Source: an uncultured Chloroflexia bacterium
Lineage (GTDB): Bacteria; Chloroflexota; Anaerolineae; CG2-30-64-16
DNA length: 64,000 bases
Direction: 5' to 3'
Assembly (NCBI GenBank): GCA_963774265.1
Contig: CAVZDU010000001.1
Coordinates: 1,056,001-1,120,000 of the forward strand
A program made the position numbers and the translations under genes. Position 1 is the first letter of the stretch; each line of letters starts with the position of its first letter. Below, piece by piece: positions 52,693-62,379 of this stretch. The notes below the pieces were generated by a model. That model worked only from the letters and a program-made list of their open reading frames with translations, ran no database searches and was not told the origin of the DNA.

Positions 52693-55404
52693 TCAGAGGA
52701 GGCCGAGCTTCCCGGCCTTGCCCGCTGCTTCGTGGCGCGAATTGACATCGAGCTTACGGTAGATGCTCTTCAGGTGGGCCTTCACCGTATTGGCCGAAAC
52801 ATATAACGAGCGGCTGATCTCGTCGTTCGTGTTGCCGCTTGTCAGCAGGCGCAGAACTTCGAGCTCGCGTCCGCTGAGGGGTTCAACCAGCGGTTGGCTG
52901 CGGGTCACTGCTTCCCCGTGGCGGTGCGAGGGGTCGCCCCGTAGGGCAGCCAACAGCCGGCCGATGAATGCCACTTCGATGTTCCGTGCAGCGGCCTCCC
53001 TCAGCAATGCCGCCATAGGCTGCCCGAGGTCGACGAACGCGCGCACATGCTCTTCCCCGGCCGCGAGAGCCAGGGCTTCGGTCAGGAAACCCAGGGCTTC
53101 GCGGCCGGAGAGACATGCCAACGCCTGCAGCGCGCGCGTGTCCACTTGCGCGGCCATGAAGCCGACATGCGTGAGGACGGCATCACGCTTCTTGAGTAGA
53201 TCAAAAGCCTCTGCCCGACGCTCCTCGGCCAGCAACAGGCGCGCGTGCGCGAGACTCAACAGGACATAGTCCGGCAGAGATCCGATATCGTCCAACGGTG
53301 GTGACCGCTCGGTCAGATGGCGTGCTTCGCTCAGATTTCCTGCCATCAGGGCGATCAGGATACGATAGGCCAGCGCGTGACGCAAGGCGGAGGGAGATAA
53401 GTCAGGGCGCAGCGCCAGCCGCTCGACCTCCGCAACCGCCTGTCTGACAGCGGCCTGCTCGTCCCGGGCCTGTTCGACGAGCGCGAGCGTCCTTGCTGCA
53501 GCGATCTGAAGCTCCCCCTGGCCGCTTCGCCGGCTCAAGGCGACCGCCTGTCCTGCGTGAACTGCTGCGGCCGCCAGTTCATTACGGTCGAAGAGCAACT
53601 TGGCCAGGTCCGAGTGGGCCAGCGAGACGAAGGGCATATCGCCACCTAGTTGGATTACCTGCTGATACCCCTCGGCGGCCCCTCCCACGAAGCCCCGTGC
53701 GGCCTGGATCCTGCAGATGAATAACTGGGCTGCCAGCCCGGCATACTGGTTTTCCGACCGGCGACCCATCTCCACAGCCTCGCCCAGCATCTGATCTGCG
53801 CGATCCAGGTTTCCCGCGTACCAGTAGGCTATCCCCAGGTTCGTGGCGACAACGCCGCGTGCTTGCCAATTGTCGCTGGGCAGAAGCGCCAAGGCGCGTT
53901 CAGAGAGTTCCATCGCGCGCCGGTTATCACCCCTGGCGCGCGCGACATAGGCCCGTGCCGCAGCGATCGTGCCCGCAAGTCCATCGCCACCCTGGGCCGA
54001 CTCTGCCAACACAAGATAGTCTTCGGCCTCATTGACTTGCCCGGACAGGATCAGCGCCCAGCTTATGCCGGTGCATAAATCTGCCCGCGTGCGAATGAGG
54101 CTGTCAGGCAGAGCCCGGTACCAACCCAACAACGTGGTGATCTCACCGTGCTTCAGCAGACTGTCCGTGAGGCGCGAGATGAGCGCTGAAGCCTCGTCCC
54201 AGGCGTGCGCTGCCAGCGCGTGTCGAACAGCGTCAGCAGGGAACCCATTCTCGGCATACCAACGGGAAGCCCGACCCCGCAATTGTGCGATGCTCTTCGG
54301 CGCCTGAAGCGTTAACCGGTGACGCAAGAGGTCAGCGAAGAGATGATGGTAACGGTACCACTGCCGGGAGCGGTCAAGCGGGACGATAAACAGGTTGCGT
54401 TGTTCCAACGCCAGCAGGAGCGCGGAGCTATCAGTGCGCCCGGTGACCGAGTTGCACAGCGGGGCAGACAGTCGATCGAGCACGGAGGTCTTCAGCAGGA
54501 AGTCCTGAATCTCGGCGGGCTGACGCTGGACCACCTCCTCCATGAGGTAGTCCAGGATATAGCGATCGCTGCCGGTGAAGGATTCGAGCAGGGACGTCAC
54601 ATCGTCACAGTGGTGCAATGAATGTGCAAGAAGCTCGAGGCCGGCAGCCCATCCCTCGGTGCGCTGCTGGACAGCAGCGAGCCCAGCCGCAGGCAGCTCG
54701 GTCTGCGCCGTGCGCCTCAGGAATTCGAGGGTCTCTTCGGCCGTAAACTGCAGATCGCTCTGCCGGATTTCCACGATCTGACCCCTGGCGCGCCAATTGG
54801 CGAGCGGAAGCTGCGGGTCGTCACGCGTCGCGATCACCAGGTGCATGTGGGGTGGCTGATGCTCCAGGAGGAAGGCGACCTGCATGTGCACCGCCAGGGC
54901 GGTGATGAGGTGATAGTCGTCGAGCACAAGCACGAACGGAAACGACACGGAGGTCAGTTCGTTGATCAGGATCGCGAGCAGCGCCTCGTGCGGAAGTACG
55001 GGGCGGCTTTGCACATCGCTGCGCAGTAAGGGTTCGATTCCCCGCCCGACGGCCGGATCGATTCGCTGCAGCGCGGCAACGAGGTAGGTGAGAAAGCGTG
55101 CCGGGTCGCTATCGCTTGCGTCCAGTGAAAGCCAGGCGACGCGCGGACCGCTGACGACCTCAGAACTGGGAACCGTCCCCTTGGGGCTGCGCGCCTGCGC
55201 TGCAGTGCGGCCGGTAACCCATTCTGCGACCAGGGTGGTCTTGCCATAGCCTGCGGGGGCGCAAACAAGCGTGAGTTTCCGGGTGAGCCCTTCGTCCAAG
55301 CGCCGGGTGAGTCGGGGGCGCAAAAGGTGCTCCGCTCGCAGGTGCGGCACGTAGAGCTTGGTCAGCAAAGGTGGACTGGGAATCGTCCCTGTGAGACTCG
55401 ACAT
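52693..55404 (-). CDS. MalT-like STAND ATPase-TPR-LuxR transcriptional activator
   Basis: TKL..P, APAGYGKTT, LVLDDYH, TEGW, WYRYHHLF, TPR region, PLS.RELEVL...TVK.H...IY.KL. Confidence 0.93.
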   Translation of the reverse strand: MSSLTGTIPSPPLLTKLYVPHLRAEHLLRPRLTRRLDEGLTRKLTLVCAPAGYGKTTLVAEWVTGRTAAQARSPKGTVPSSEVVSGPRVAWLSLDASDSDPARFLTYLVAALQRIDPAVGRGIEPLLRSDVQSRPVLPHEALLAILINELTSVSFPFVLVLDDYHLITALAVHMQVAFLLEHQPPHMHLVIATRDDPQLPLANWRARGQIVEIRQSDLQFTAEETLEFLRRTAQTELPAAGLAAVQQRTEGWAAGLELLAHSLHHCDDVTSLLESFTGSDRYILDYLMEEVVQRQPAEIQDFLLKTSVLDRLSAPLCNSVTGRTDSSALLLALEQRNLFIVPLDRSRQWYRYHHLFADLLRHRLTLQAPKSIAQLRGRASRWYAENGFPADAVRHALAAHAWDEASALISRLTDSLLKHGEITTLLGWYRALPDSLIRTRADLCTGISWALILSGQVNEAEDYLVLAESAQGGDGLAGTIAAARAYVARARGDNRRAMELSERALALLPSDNWQARGVVATNLGIAYWYAGNLDRADQMLGEAVEMGRRSENQYAGLAAQLFICRIQAARGFVGGAAEGYQQVIQLGGDMPFVSLAHSDLAKLLFDRNELAAAAVHAGQAVALSRRSGQGELQIAAARTLALVEQARDEQAAVRQAVAEVERLALRPDLSPSALRHALAYRILIALMAGNLSEARHLTERSPPLDDIGSLPDYVLLSLAHARLLLAEERRAEAFDLLKKRDAVLTHVGFMAAQVDTRALQALACLSGREALGFLTEALALAAGEEHVRAFVDLGQPMAALLREAAARNIEVAFIGRLLAALRGDPSHRHGEAVTRSQPLVEPLSGRELEVLRLLTSGNTNDEISRSLYVSANTVKAHLKSIYRKLDVNSRHEAAGKAGKLGLL

Positions 55405-55416
55405 GTCAAGGCTTTC

Positions 55417-55453
55417 AAGAAAAATCAGCAGACGGTAGCGAAGCGTCTGCTGA
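55417..55453 (-). terminator. Intrinsic terminator just upstream of the MalT-like start codon
   Basis: tcagcagacg-N9-cgtctgctga followed by TTTTTCTT on the minus strand. Confidence 0.8.
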
Positions 55454-55627
55454 CGATCGAGGCCGCGCTACACAGCAGTGTGGCTGCGACTTGCTTGAGA
55501 GCCAATTCAATGACAACAGTGGCAGTGACGACGGCGTGAGCCCAAGTGCAGCCCTACTGCCTGTGATGCGCGTTTGCACAGACTACATCGTCCGGCCAAC
55601 CCTCTGTCTCTGGCTAGTTGAAATCCT
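55417..55627 (-). ncRNA. Candidate structured sRNA or terminated leader (~210 nt)
   Basis: Bounded by a TTGACA-N17-GATAAT promoter and an intrinsic terminator; several internal hairpins; family not recognised. Confidence 0.5.
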
Positions 55628-55633
55628 ACATAT

Positions 55634-55662
55634 ATTATCGCGCCTGGAGGGCCTTGTGTCAA
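55634..55662 (-). promoter_or_regulatory. Near-consensus sigma70 promoter
   Basis: TTGACA (55662-55657), 17-nt spacer, GATAAT (55639-55634). Confidence 0.75.
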
Positions 55663-55680
55663 TGGTTTTTAGGCGATGGG

Positions 55681-56937
55681 AAGGGCGTACGCATCTAATA
55701 AATATCATATTGTTTGCTTGGATGGTAGACGCGGCAGGCGGAATGGGCTATCCTTGAGTGGTCAGGAGGGTAGCCCATGAACGACGAGCCTACCGCAGCG
55801 ATCAGCGAGCACTTTGCGAGCCTGGCAGATCCCCGGATCGACCGGACGAAGCGCCATCAACTGCTCGACATCATCATCATTGCGATCTGCGCCATCCTGT
55901 GTGGCGCCGATGACTGGGTCGAGGTGGAGTTGTTCGGGAACGCCAAGCTGACATGGCTAAGGACGTTCCTGGAACTACCCAACGGCATCCCGTCACATGA
56001 CACCTTCGGGCGAGTGTTTGCTCGGCTGAATACCGAGCAGTTCCAGCAGTGTTTTCTGGAATGGATTCAGGCCGTGAGCCAGGTGACCCGCGGCCAAGTC
56101 ATTGCGATTGATGGTAAGGTGCTGCGTGGTTCCTGCAACCGCCTGCTCGGCAAGGCGGGCATCGCCATGGTCAGCGCCTGGGCGACGGCCAATCATCTGG
56201 TGCTTGGGCAGGTCAAGGTGGACGACAAGTCCAATGAGATCACGGCCATCCCCAAGCTGCTGCAGGTGCTGGAAATCGCCGGCTGCATCGTGACGATCGA
56301 CGCCATCGGCTGCCAGACCGAGATCACCCAGGCGATTGTCGAACAGGATGCCGACTACGTGCTGGTGGTTAAGAAGAACCAGGGCCATCTCTACGAAGAC
56401 ATCCACGCACTGTTTGCGGGAGCTCAAGAAGTGAACTTCCAGGACGTCCCGCACGATTACCACAAGACGACGGACAAGGCGCATGGCCGCCTCGAAATCC
56501 GTCAGTGTTGGACCATCTCGGATGGCAGTCTGGTGAGCTACTTGCGCAACCGGGCTGGGTGGCGCAACCTCCACACGATCGTCAAGGTCGTCGCCGAGCG
56601 CCGAATGCCGGGCGAGACGACGATCGAGACCCGGTACTTCATCTCCAGCCTGGACGGCGATGCCCGGCGCATGCTCAAGGCGCTGCGTAGCCATTGGGGC
56701 ATCGAAAACGGGTTGCACTGGGTGCTCGACATCGGCTTCGATGAAGATCACCAGCGGGTGCGCAAGGACAACGGCCCGGCCAACTTCGCTGTTCTCCGGC
56801 ACATTGCCCTCAACCTGCTCAAACAGGAAAAAAGTGTCAAGGCCGGCATCAAGGCCAAGCGTCTCAAAGCTGGCTGGGATGAGCCCTACTTGCTCAAAGT
56901 GCTCTTTGGTCAGGGCAATTAAGATGCGATTGCCCTA
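55681..56937 (+). mobile_element. ISAs1-family insertion sequence, apparently intact
   Basis: Imperfect TIRs aagggcgtacgcatcta / tagggcaatcgcatctt (reverse complement); 9-10 bp direct repeat (a)ggcgatggg at 55671-55680 and 56937-56946. Confidence 0.9.
55777..56922 (+). CDS. ISAs1 (H-repeat) DDE transposase
   Basis: DPR, GIPSHDTF.RVF, IAIDGK, KSNEITAIP, TIDA.GCQ, HGRLE.R, HWGIEN.LHW.LD. Confidence 0.96.
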   Translation: MNDEPTAAISEHFASLADPRIDRTKRHQLLDIIIIAICAILCGADDWVEVELFGNAKLTWLRTFLELPNGIPSHDTFGRVFARLNTEQFQQCFLEWIQAVSQVTRGQVIAIDGKVLRGSCNRLLGKAGIAMVSAWATANHLVLGQVKVDDKSNEITAIPKLLQVLEIAGCIVTIDAIGCQTEITQAIVEQDADYVLVVKKNQGHLYEDIHALFAGAQEVNFQDVPHDYHKTTDKAHGRLEIRQCWTISDGSLVSYLRNRAGWRNLHTIVKVVAERRMPGETTIETRYFISSLDGDARRMLKALRSHWGIENGLHWVLDIGFDEDHQRVRKDNGPANFAVLRHIALNLLKQEKSVKAGIKAKRLKAGWDEPYLLKVLFGQGN

Positions 56938-56960
56938 GGCGATGGGTGTGGGAGTGCTGC

Positions 56961-58209
56961 CTACTTTTGTCCGAGCCGGAAAGAGTGCACGTGGTCGTAA
57001 CGTCGTCCCATCACCACATCCACCTGCCCGGTGCTCATGCCATAGACCACCGACCACTGCGTGGGTGACTCGGTCTGCGACACCGTCTGCAAGAGGCCCA
57101 ACGCAGCATTGCTGTCGAGGTTTCCGCCTGAAGTTGTCAGCCGCCCGACGAGGGCGTCGTAGCGGGGGCATTGACCCGCAGCATTTCCGGTGATCGCACT
57201 GCGCGTGAAGTTGGTCGCCGCGTGCCAGGGTCCTTCGTTTGGCAATACGATGATCTGCCCGCCTTGGTACTCGACCAGTGCGGCGTGGCCCGTGCGGTCG
57301 GCTACGAGGTAGTGCAGCGGTGGGCCGCCCTCCCAGTCGATGTTGTAGCGGCCGAGGATCGCAACCGCCTCGTCCGCGCTTCCGGCATGGTCGAGGATCT
57401 CCCGGATTACCTCCAGCGAGTCGATGGTTGGTTTTCCGCGGTCGTGTCGGTCATCCGCTTGGGGTACGGCTGCCATGCCCACCGCCACGCCCGCCTCATT
57501 CATGCCGTCGAAGGGCCAGGCCGGCGCCTCAAGCAGCGCGCGGCGCTCGGCCAACGGCAACGTCGTCAGATCGATCGACTCGTCGTCGAACCCGAAATAC
57601 CGCGATGTCCACCATGGAGACCGACGCATAGCCGCCTGTGGCAGGTCGGTCTGTGAAGAGCAGCAGCGCGGGGCTGTAGCGCCAGTCAAAATTGCGACCG
57701 TAGAGCCGGTTTCCGGGGTCGCCCGATGCGGCAAAGAGCGAGCAGGCCCAGCCGCCGCCCGCCGCAATGACCTGGGAGGTCCCCGAGTCCTCCCAGGTCT
57801 TTGAGACACGAGACGAGCCGACGTAGTGCATGGTATAGAGCGGATAGTCGTCCACCTTCTGCAAGCTGGCCAGGGTTGTCGCCTGGTCGGGGGTCAGGCC
57901 AGCCGGCTGCTGGACCGGTGCAGTGACCGACGCCGGGGCCTCGGTCCGGGGGCGCGGTGGCGTCAGCCAAACTGCGCTCAGCAGTAATACCGCCAACGCA
58001 ATGAAGGCTAGCAAGAGTCGCCGAGGGGCTCTGGACCAGACCAATCCCATAGAAACCCCGACCAGGATTCCGAGCGCGACGAAAAATGGCGTGTTGTCGG
58101 ATCGGACAAGCCAGCCGGCGAGCAAGCCAAGCGCCGCCCCGATCGCCAATCCCAACACCGCACCAACGACGACTCCGGCATGCCTTGACATGATATCGAG
58201 CCTTTTCAC
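56961..58209 (-). CDS. Membrane-anchored Ntn-hydrolase (peptidase C45 / choloylglycine hydrolase-like; frameshift at ~57600)
   Basis: N-terminal TMs, ACSLF catalytic Cys, GRNFDW, DGMNE.G, ATNF, TQWSVVY. Confidence 0.82.
57769..57799. repeat. Perfect 11-bp inverted repeat read in frame within the Ntn-hydrolase gene
   Basis: gacctgggagg-N9-cctcccaggtc, within the segment encoding KTWEDSGTSQV. Confidence 0.7.
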
Positions 58210-58562
58210 TTACTTCTGCGCCAACCAGCCAGTGATCGCGTGCCGGGCATCGATACTCCCTGCCCCCTGTTGAGTGTGCATGCTTTCCTCCGTTTCTGCT
58301 TTGCTCTCCAGCTAATAGGATACAACAAAAACGCGCTGTCGGCATCAGCCACTTGGGGAGTATGGAGATCGGATAGGTGGATAGTGGGCGGCTAACCCGC
58401 CTGGGTGGCCCTCAAACCAACCATCCTGACGGCTAGCCGGGCCACTGGGCGGCAACGAGCTGAGGCGGCGGACTACTTTGCGCGACTTCGGTCCCTCCTC
58501 TAGAATGGCGGTAATTGATCCGACGATGAGGGATCGCAACCGTCACAACTGGAGTATGCCCC

Positions 58563-59132
58563 ATGCACATCCTCACCCTACTTGGCAGCCCGAGGCGACA
58601 CGGCAACACAGACGCGGTCTTGCGGCGGTTCGAGGCGGCGGCCACGGGTCGTGGCCACGCAGTGACGCGTATCGACGTCGCAGACCAAAGCGTTGCCGGG
58701 TGTCTGGGCTGTGAGGCCTGCCAGGGAGATCTGACGGACCTGGGCTGCGTGCAGACCGATGACGGCGACGACATCCTGCGGCAGATCCAGGGAACCGACC
58801 TGACCGTCTACGCGGCCCCGGTCTACTGTTGGAGCTTCCCCGCGCAGATGAAAGCCTTGATCGATCGCCATTTCTGCACGGTGAAGTGGGAAGACGGGGA
58901 GGTGGCCGCGTCACTGCTGGCTGGCAAGCGTACAGCGCTGCTGCTCACCTGCGGTGACGCTGCCGCGACGAACGCAGACCTGACGCTGACCCTGTTCCAG
59001 CGCCAGATGCGCTACACGAGCTGCAACGTTGCGGGGATGTATGTGCTCGATAACTGCACGACGCCAGTGGCCGACGCCCATCGTGCCGACTTGCTCGCGC
59101 AGCGAATGGCCGCGGAGCTGCTGGACGCATGA
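58563..59132 (+). CDS. Flavodoxin-fold iron-sulfur flavoprotein / NADPH-FMN reductase
   Basis: GSPRRHGNT, CxxCxxC...C, PVY...PAQMKALIDR. Confidence 0.9.
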   Translation: MHILTLLGSPRRHGNTDAVLRRFEAAATGRGHAVTRIDVADQSVAGCLGCEACQGDLTDLGCVQTDDGDDILRQIQGTDLTVYAAPVYCWSFPAQMKALIDRHFCTVKWEDGEVAASLLAGKRTALLLTCGDAAATNADLTLTLFQRQMRYTSCNVAGMYVLDNCTTPVADAHRADLLAQRMAAELLDA

Positions 59133-59147
59133 CGGCGCGAGGGCGCC

Positions 59148-59975
59148 TCAGGCACTAACCTGGGCATTTGATATCGCGATTTGCACCCGTTTCACGTGAG
59201 CCATTTTCCAACGCCTGTCGACCCATCGGGCTATGAGCGCCGGCGGGACCAGCCCGCCAATCACCTTCAACGAGCGATTGACCCAGCCGGGGATGTAGAC
59301 CGCCTTGTCTTGAAGCGCCGCGTCCAGCGCACCCGCAGCCACGGCGCCGGTGTTCTGCGTTGTGAGATGCCCCATCAGCCCCTGCGCTTCGATTGCGGCG
59401 ATGCATTCGGGGGTAGTAGGTAGGCCCGCGGGGCACAGCGCAGTCACCGTTACGCCCTGTCCCCGCAGTTCTTCGCGCAGCGCCAGTGAGAAATCAAGGA
59501 GAAAGCGCTTCGACGCTGCGTAGGTCGCTTTGTAGGGCATCGGATAGAGCGCGCCCAGACTGGCAACGTTGATGACGTGAAAGACATCGGTCGTGTCGCG
59601 GAGGCCCATCAGGGCGTGCGTCATTTCGATCGCGGCTTCGACGTTCAGGCGCAAGATATTGCGGATGTGCTCACGCGGCTGCTCGCAGAAGAGCCCCTCG
59701 TGATCTCCGCCAGCAACGTTGATCAGGGCGGAGAAGCGTGCATGCTCCGCCGCAAGCACCTCAAACAAGGCCGCGCGCTGGTCGGCATCGGTCAGATCAC
59801 ACGCCTGCCACTGGACTTGCACACCGTAGGCGCCGCGCAGACCCGTCGATAGTGCTTCCAATGCATCCGGGTGCAGGTCGGTCAGATACAGATGCCAGCC
59901 GCGACTGGCGCACTCGACGGCGAAGGCCCTGCCCAGTCCGCCGGTCGCGCCACTGATCATTGTGTAACGCTTCAT
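59148..59975 (-). CDS. SDR oxidoreductase (DltE-like)
   Basis: SGATGGLG, NVAG, YAASK. Confidence 0.9.
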   Translation of the reverse strand: MKRYTMISGATGGLGRAFAVECASRGWHLYLTDLHPDALEALSTGLRGAYGVQVQWQACDLTDADQRAALFEVLAAEHARFSALINVAGGDHEGLFCEQPREHIRNILRLNVEAAIEMTHALMGLRDTTDVFHVINVASLGALYPMPYKATYAASKRFLLDFSLALREELRGQGVTVTALCPAGLPTTPECIAAIEAQGLMGHLTTQNTGAVAAGALDAALQDKAVYIPGWVNRSLKVIGGLVPPALIARWVDRRWKMAHVKRVQIAISNAQVSA

Positions 59976-59994
59976 GCCGTACTCCTTCGTTCGT

Positions 59995-60880
59995 CTAGTT
60001 TGCGGCCGCAATGCCGCACATCTGCTCCGAAAGCGTCCATAGTCGTTGCGCCGCCGATCCGCTAAGCGCCTCGCGGCTGGGCGACCGCGGTTTGCTGTGC
60101 CGCCAGTACACGGCGTGCGTATTCTGGATGGACGACTCGCCCAGCAGGAAGACGATGCCGCGAGCGGCTTCTTCAGGAGGAATGCCATCGGCGCGGCGCC
60201 GTTCCCAGATCCACTTCACCAGCCCTGGCGTACCCTTCAAGCCGATGTCGGTCTTTACCAGACCGGGGTCTGCAGCAAACGCGCGGACACGGGAGGCCGC
60301 GCCAAGGCGCCGGTTGAGTTCTGCGGTGAACAGCACATTAGCCAGCTTGGTTTGGTTGTATGCCCGCAGCCCGTTGTACCGCCTGCGCAACTGAATGTCA
60401 CTCCAGTTGAGCACCGTGTGAGCGTGTGACTCTGAGCTGGTCGTGACGACCCACCGCGGCAGGCGCAGCCTGCAACAATGGCAGGAGCTCCAGTGTGAGC
60501 AAGAATGGGGCCAGATGGTTGACCGCCCACTGGGTCTCGAAACCTTCGCCGGTTAGGGTGAGCCAGTAGGTGAAGGTCCCAGCGTTGTTGGCCAAGCCAT
60601 CCAGGGATGTGCGCCCGCGGTCCGCAGTGATGTGTCGAATCTCTTCCGCCAGCCGGCGCACCTCGCTCTGGAGAGTGAGATCGGCGGTGCAGTAGGCCAC
60701 AGAACCAACATTTGAACGAATTGCGGCCAGTTTCTGCTCGGCCACGCGGCAGCGTTGGGTCGACCGGCCCACGCCGATCACATGAGCGCCCTGCCTGGCC
60801 AGTGCTTCCGCAGTCGCCAGCCCGATGCCCGAGGTTGCTCCTGTTACGACGATTGTCTTGCCCATGACTGAGAATGTCAT
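59995..60880 (-). CDS. SDR oxidoreductase, retinol-dehydrogenase-like (frameshift at ~60440)
   Basis: TGATSGIG, NNAG, VNHLAPF, YNQTKLAN, PG.V.T. Confidence 0.87.
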
Positions 60881-60909
60881 TTATACCTCCCTTTCAACTT
60901 TCTGGCTGC

Positions 60910-60988
60910 AGGATAGCGAAAAGGAGGGTGCAATGTCGTCCCTCGAAAGGGACATTCCGGGGTGTACTGTGAATGCGGAGAGGGTGCA
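60910..60988 (-). promoter_or_regulatory. Promoter with a candidate LuxR/MalT-type box and phased half-sites
   Basis: TATCCT -10; GTCCC-N6-GGGAC; GGG half-sites at 60949, 60960, 60982 (11-bp phasing). Confidence 0.5.
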
Positions 60989-60990
60989 GT

Positions 60991-62367
60991 CTAGAGTAGC
61001 TGTAGATCGCGTGCGACGGCCACGGCTTGCGTCCGGCTGCCTACCTGGAGCTTGCCGTAGATGTTGTTGATGTGACGCTTGACCGTGCCGGGCGCGATGA
61101 TGAGGCGATCTGCGATGGCCTGGTTGGACAGCCCCGCGGCGATGAGCCTCAGCACCTCAAGCTCGCGCTCGCTGAGTGGCTCGACGAGGGGTTGGTCGAC
61201 TGCCCTTTCGCGGCGAGTGGTGCTTGAAACAACAGCGAGCTCCGCGGCGCGTCGCGCGTGTTGCACCGCCAGATCAGGCACACCATGTTCTTCGCACCAG
61301 GCCGCAGCTTTCCGGTGCAGCTCACCTTGCTGGCGGGGCGGAAGGGCGAGGCGCAGCATCTCAGCGAAAAGGACATGATAACGCCACCACTCGCGACGGT
61401 TGTCTAGAGGCAATAAAAAGAGGTTCGCTGCTTCCAGCTGCTCGAGCATGGCCTGGCTATCCTCCCGTCCGGTGACCGCAGCGCAAAGGGGCGCGCAGAG
61501 GCGGTCGAGGACGGCGGTCTGGCGCAGGAAGTCCGCGAGGGGCTCGGGCTGGCGGTCCAACACCTCGGCTAAAAGGTAATCGACGATGTAGCGATCATCA
61601 CCGGCGAAGGCAGCGACGAATTCCTCTGCACCGAGTGTGTCGTTTGTTGTCAGCCCACTAAGCGCGACCCCGGCAAGCTGCAAGGCGGTGATCCACCCCT
61701 CGGTCCGCGCTGCGAGCGAGACAACCGCCGCGGGCGGGAGGCCTAATCGCAGGGTCTGATTGAGAAACGCTCCTGCTTCGTCGGGTGAGAAGCGGAGACT
61801 GCGCTCTCGCACTTCCGTGACCTGGCCCCGTGCGCGCAGGCGAGCCAGCGGCAGTGGAGGATCTTCGCGCGTGCCGATGATCAGATGGAAACAGGGCGGC
61901 CCGTGCATCAGCAAGAAGGCGACGAGGTCGTGGACGGCGAAGTTGCGGATCGTGTGGTAGTCGTCGAGCACGAGACTGCGCTCGGCGCCGTCCGCGGCCA
62001 GCGCGTTGATCAGGGCGACCAGGGTTTCCTTTGGCTCCTCAAAAGGAGCCGGCGTTGTATTGCGGTCTGGTTTCGAATCCGCGGCTGCCCGCTCAGGATG
62101 CTCTGAATAGCCCAACGCCTCGCCCACATAGCGAAGAAAGCGCGCCGGCTCGTTGTCGCCTTCATCGAGCGTCAGCCAGGCGACGTCCTGTTCGGCCGCG
62201 GCCATCCATTCTCGGATCAACGTCGACTTGCCGAAGCCTGGGGGCGCCGAAATGAGTGTCAAGCGTGCACCTTCGGCCAGTCGGACGACCAACCGAGGCC
62301 GCGCGATCTGATCCGGTCGGGACACCGGTGCACGCAGCTTGGTGGAGAGCAGCGGCTCGGCACTCAC
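60991..62367 (-). CDS. Short MalT-like STAND-LuxR regulator lacking the TPR sensor region
   Basis: APPGFGKST, LVLDDYH, TEGW, WWRYH.LF, followed almost directly by the PLSERELEVL LuxR HTH; 458 aa in one frame. Confidence 0.9.
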   Translation of the reverse strand: MSAEPLLSTKLRAPVSRPDQIARPRLVVRLAEGARLTLISAPPGFGKSTLIREWMAAAEQDVAWLTLDEGDNEPARFLRYVGEALGYSEHPERAAADSKPDRNTTPAPFEEPKETLVALINALAADGAERSLVLDDYHTIRNFAVHDLVAFLLMHGPPCFHLIIGTREDPPLPLARLRARGQVTEVRERSLRFSPDEAGAFLNQTLRLGLPPAAVVSLAARTEGWITALQLAGVALSGLTTNDTLGAEEFVAAFAGDDRYIVDYLLAEVLDRQPEPLADFLRQTAVLDRLCAPLCAAVTGREDSQAMLEQLEAANLFLLPLDNRREWWRYHVLFAEMLRLALPPRQQGELHRKAAAWCEEHGVPDLAVQHARRAAELAVVSSTTRRERAVDQPLVEPLSERELEVLRLIAAGLSNQAIADRLIIAPGTVKRHINNIYGKLQVGSRTQAVAVARDLQLL

Positions 62368-62379
62368 GGTTTGCCGGAC

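Noticed and set aside
55417-55627. Known lysine, cobalamin, c-di-GMP or T-box riboswitch
   Set aside because: Isolated words (AGAGG, ACTGCC, AGCCAGAGAC) are present but not in the consensus order; no T-box motif
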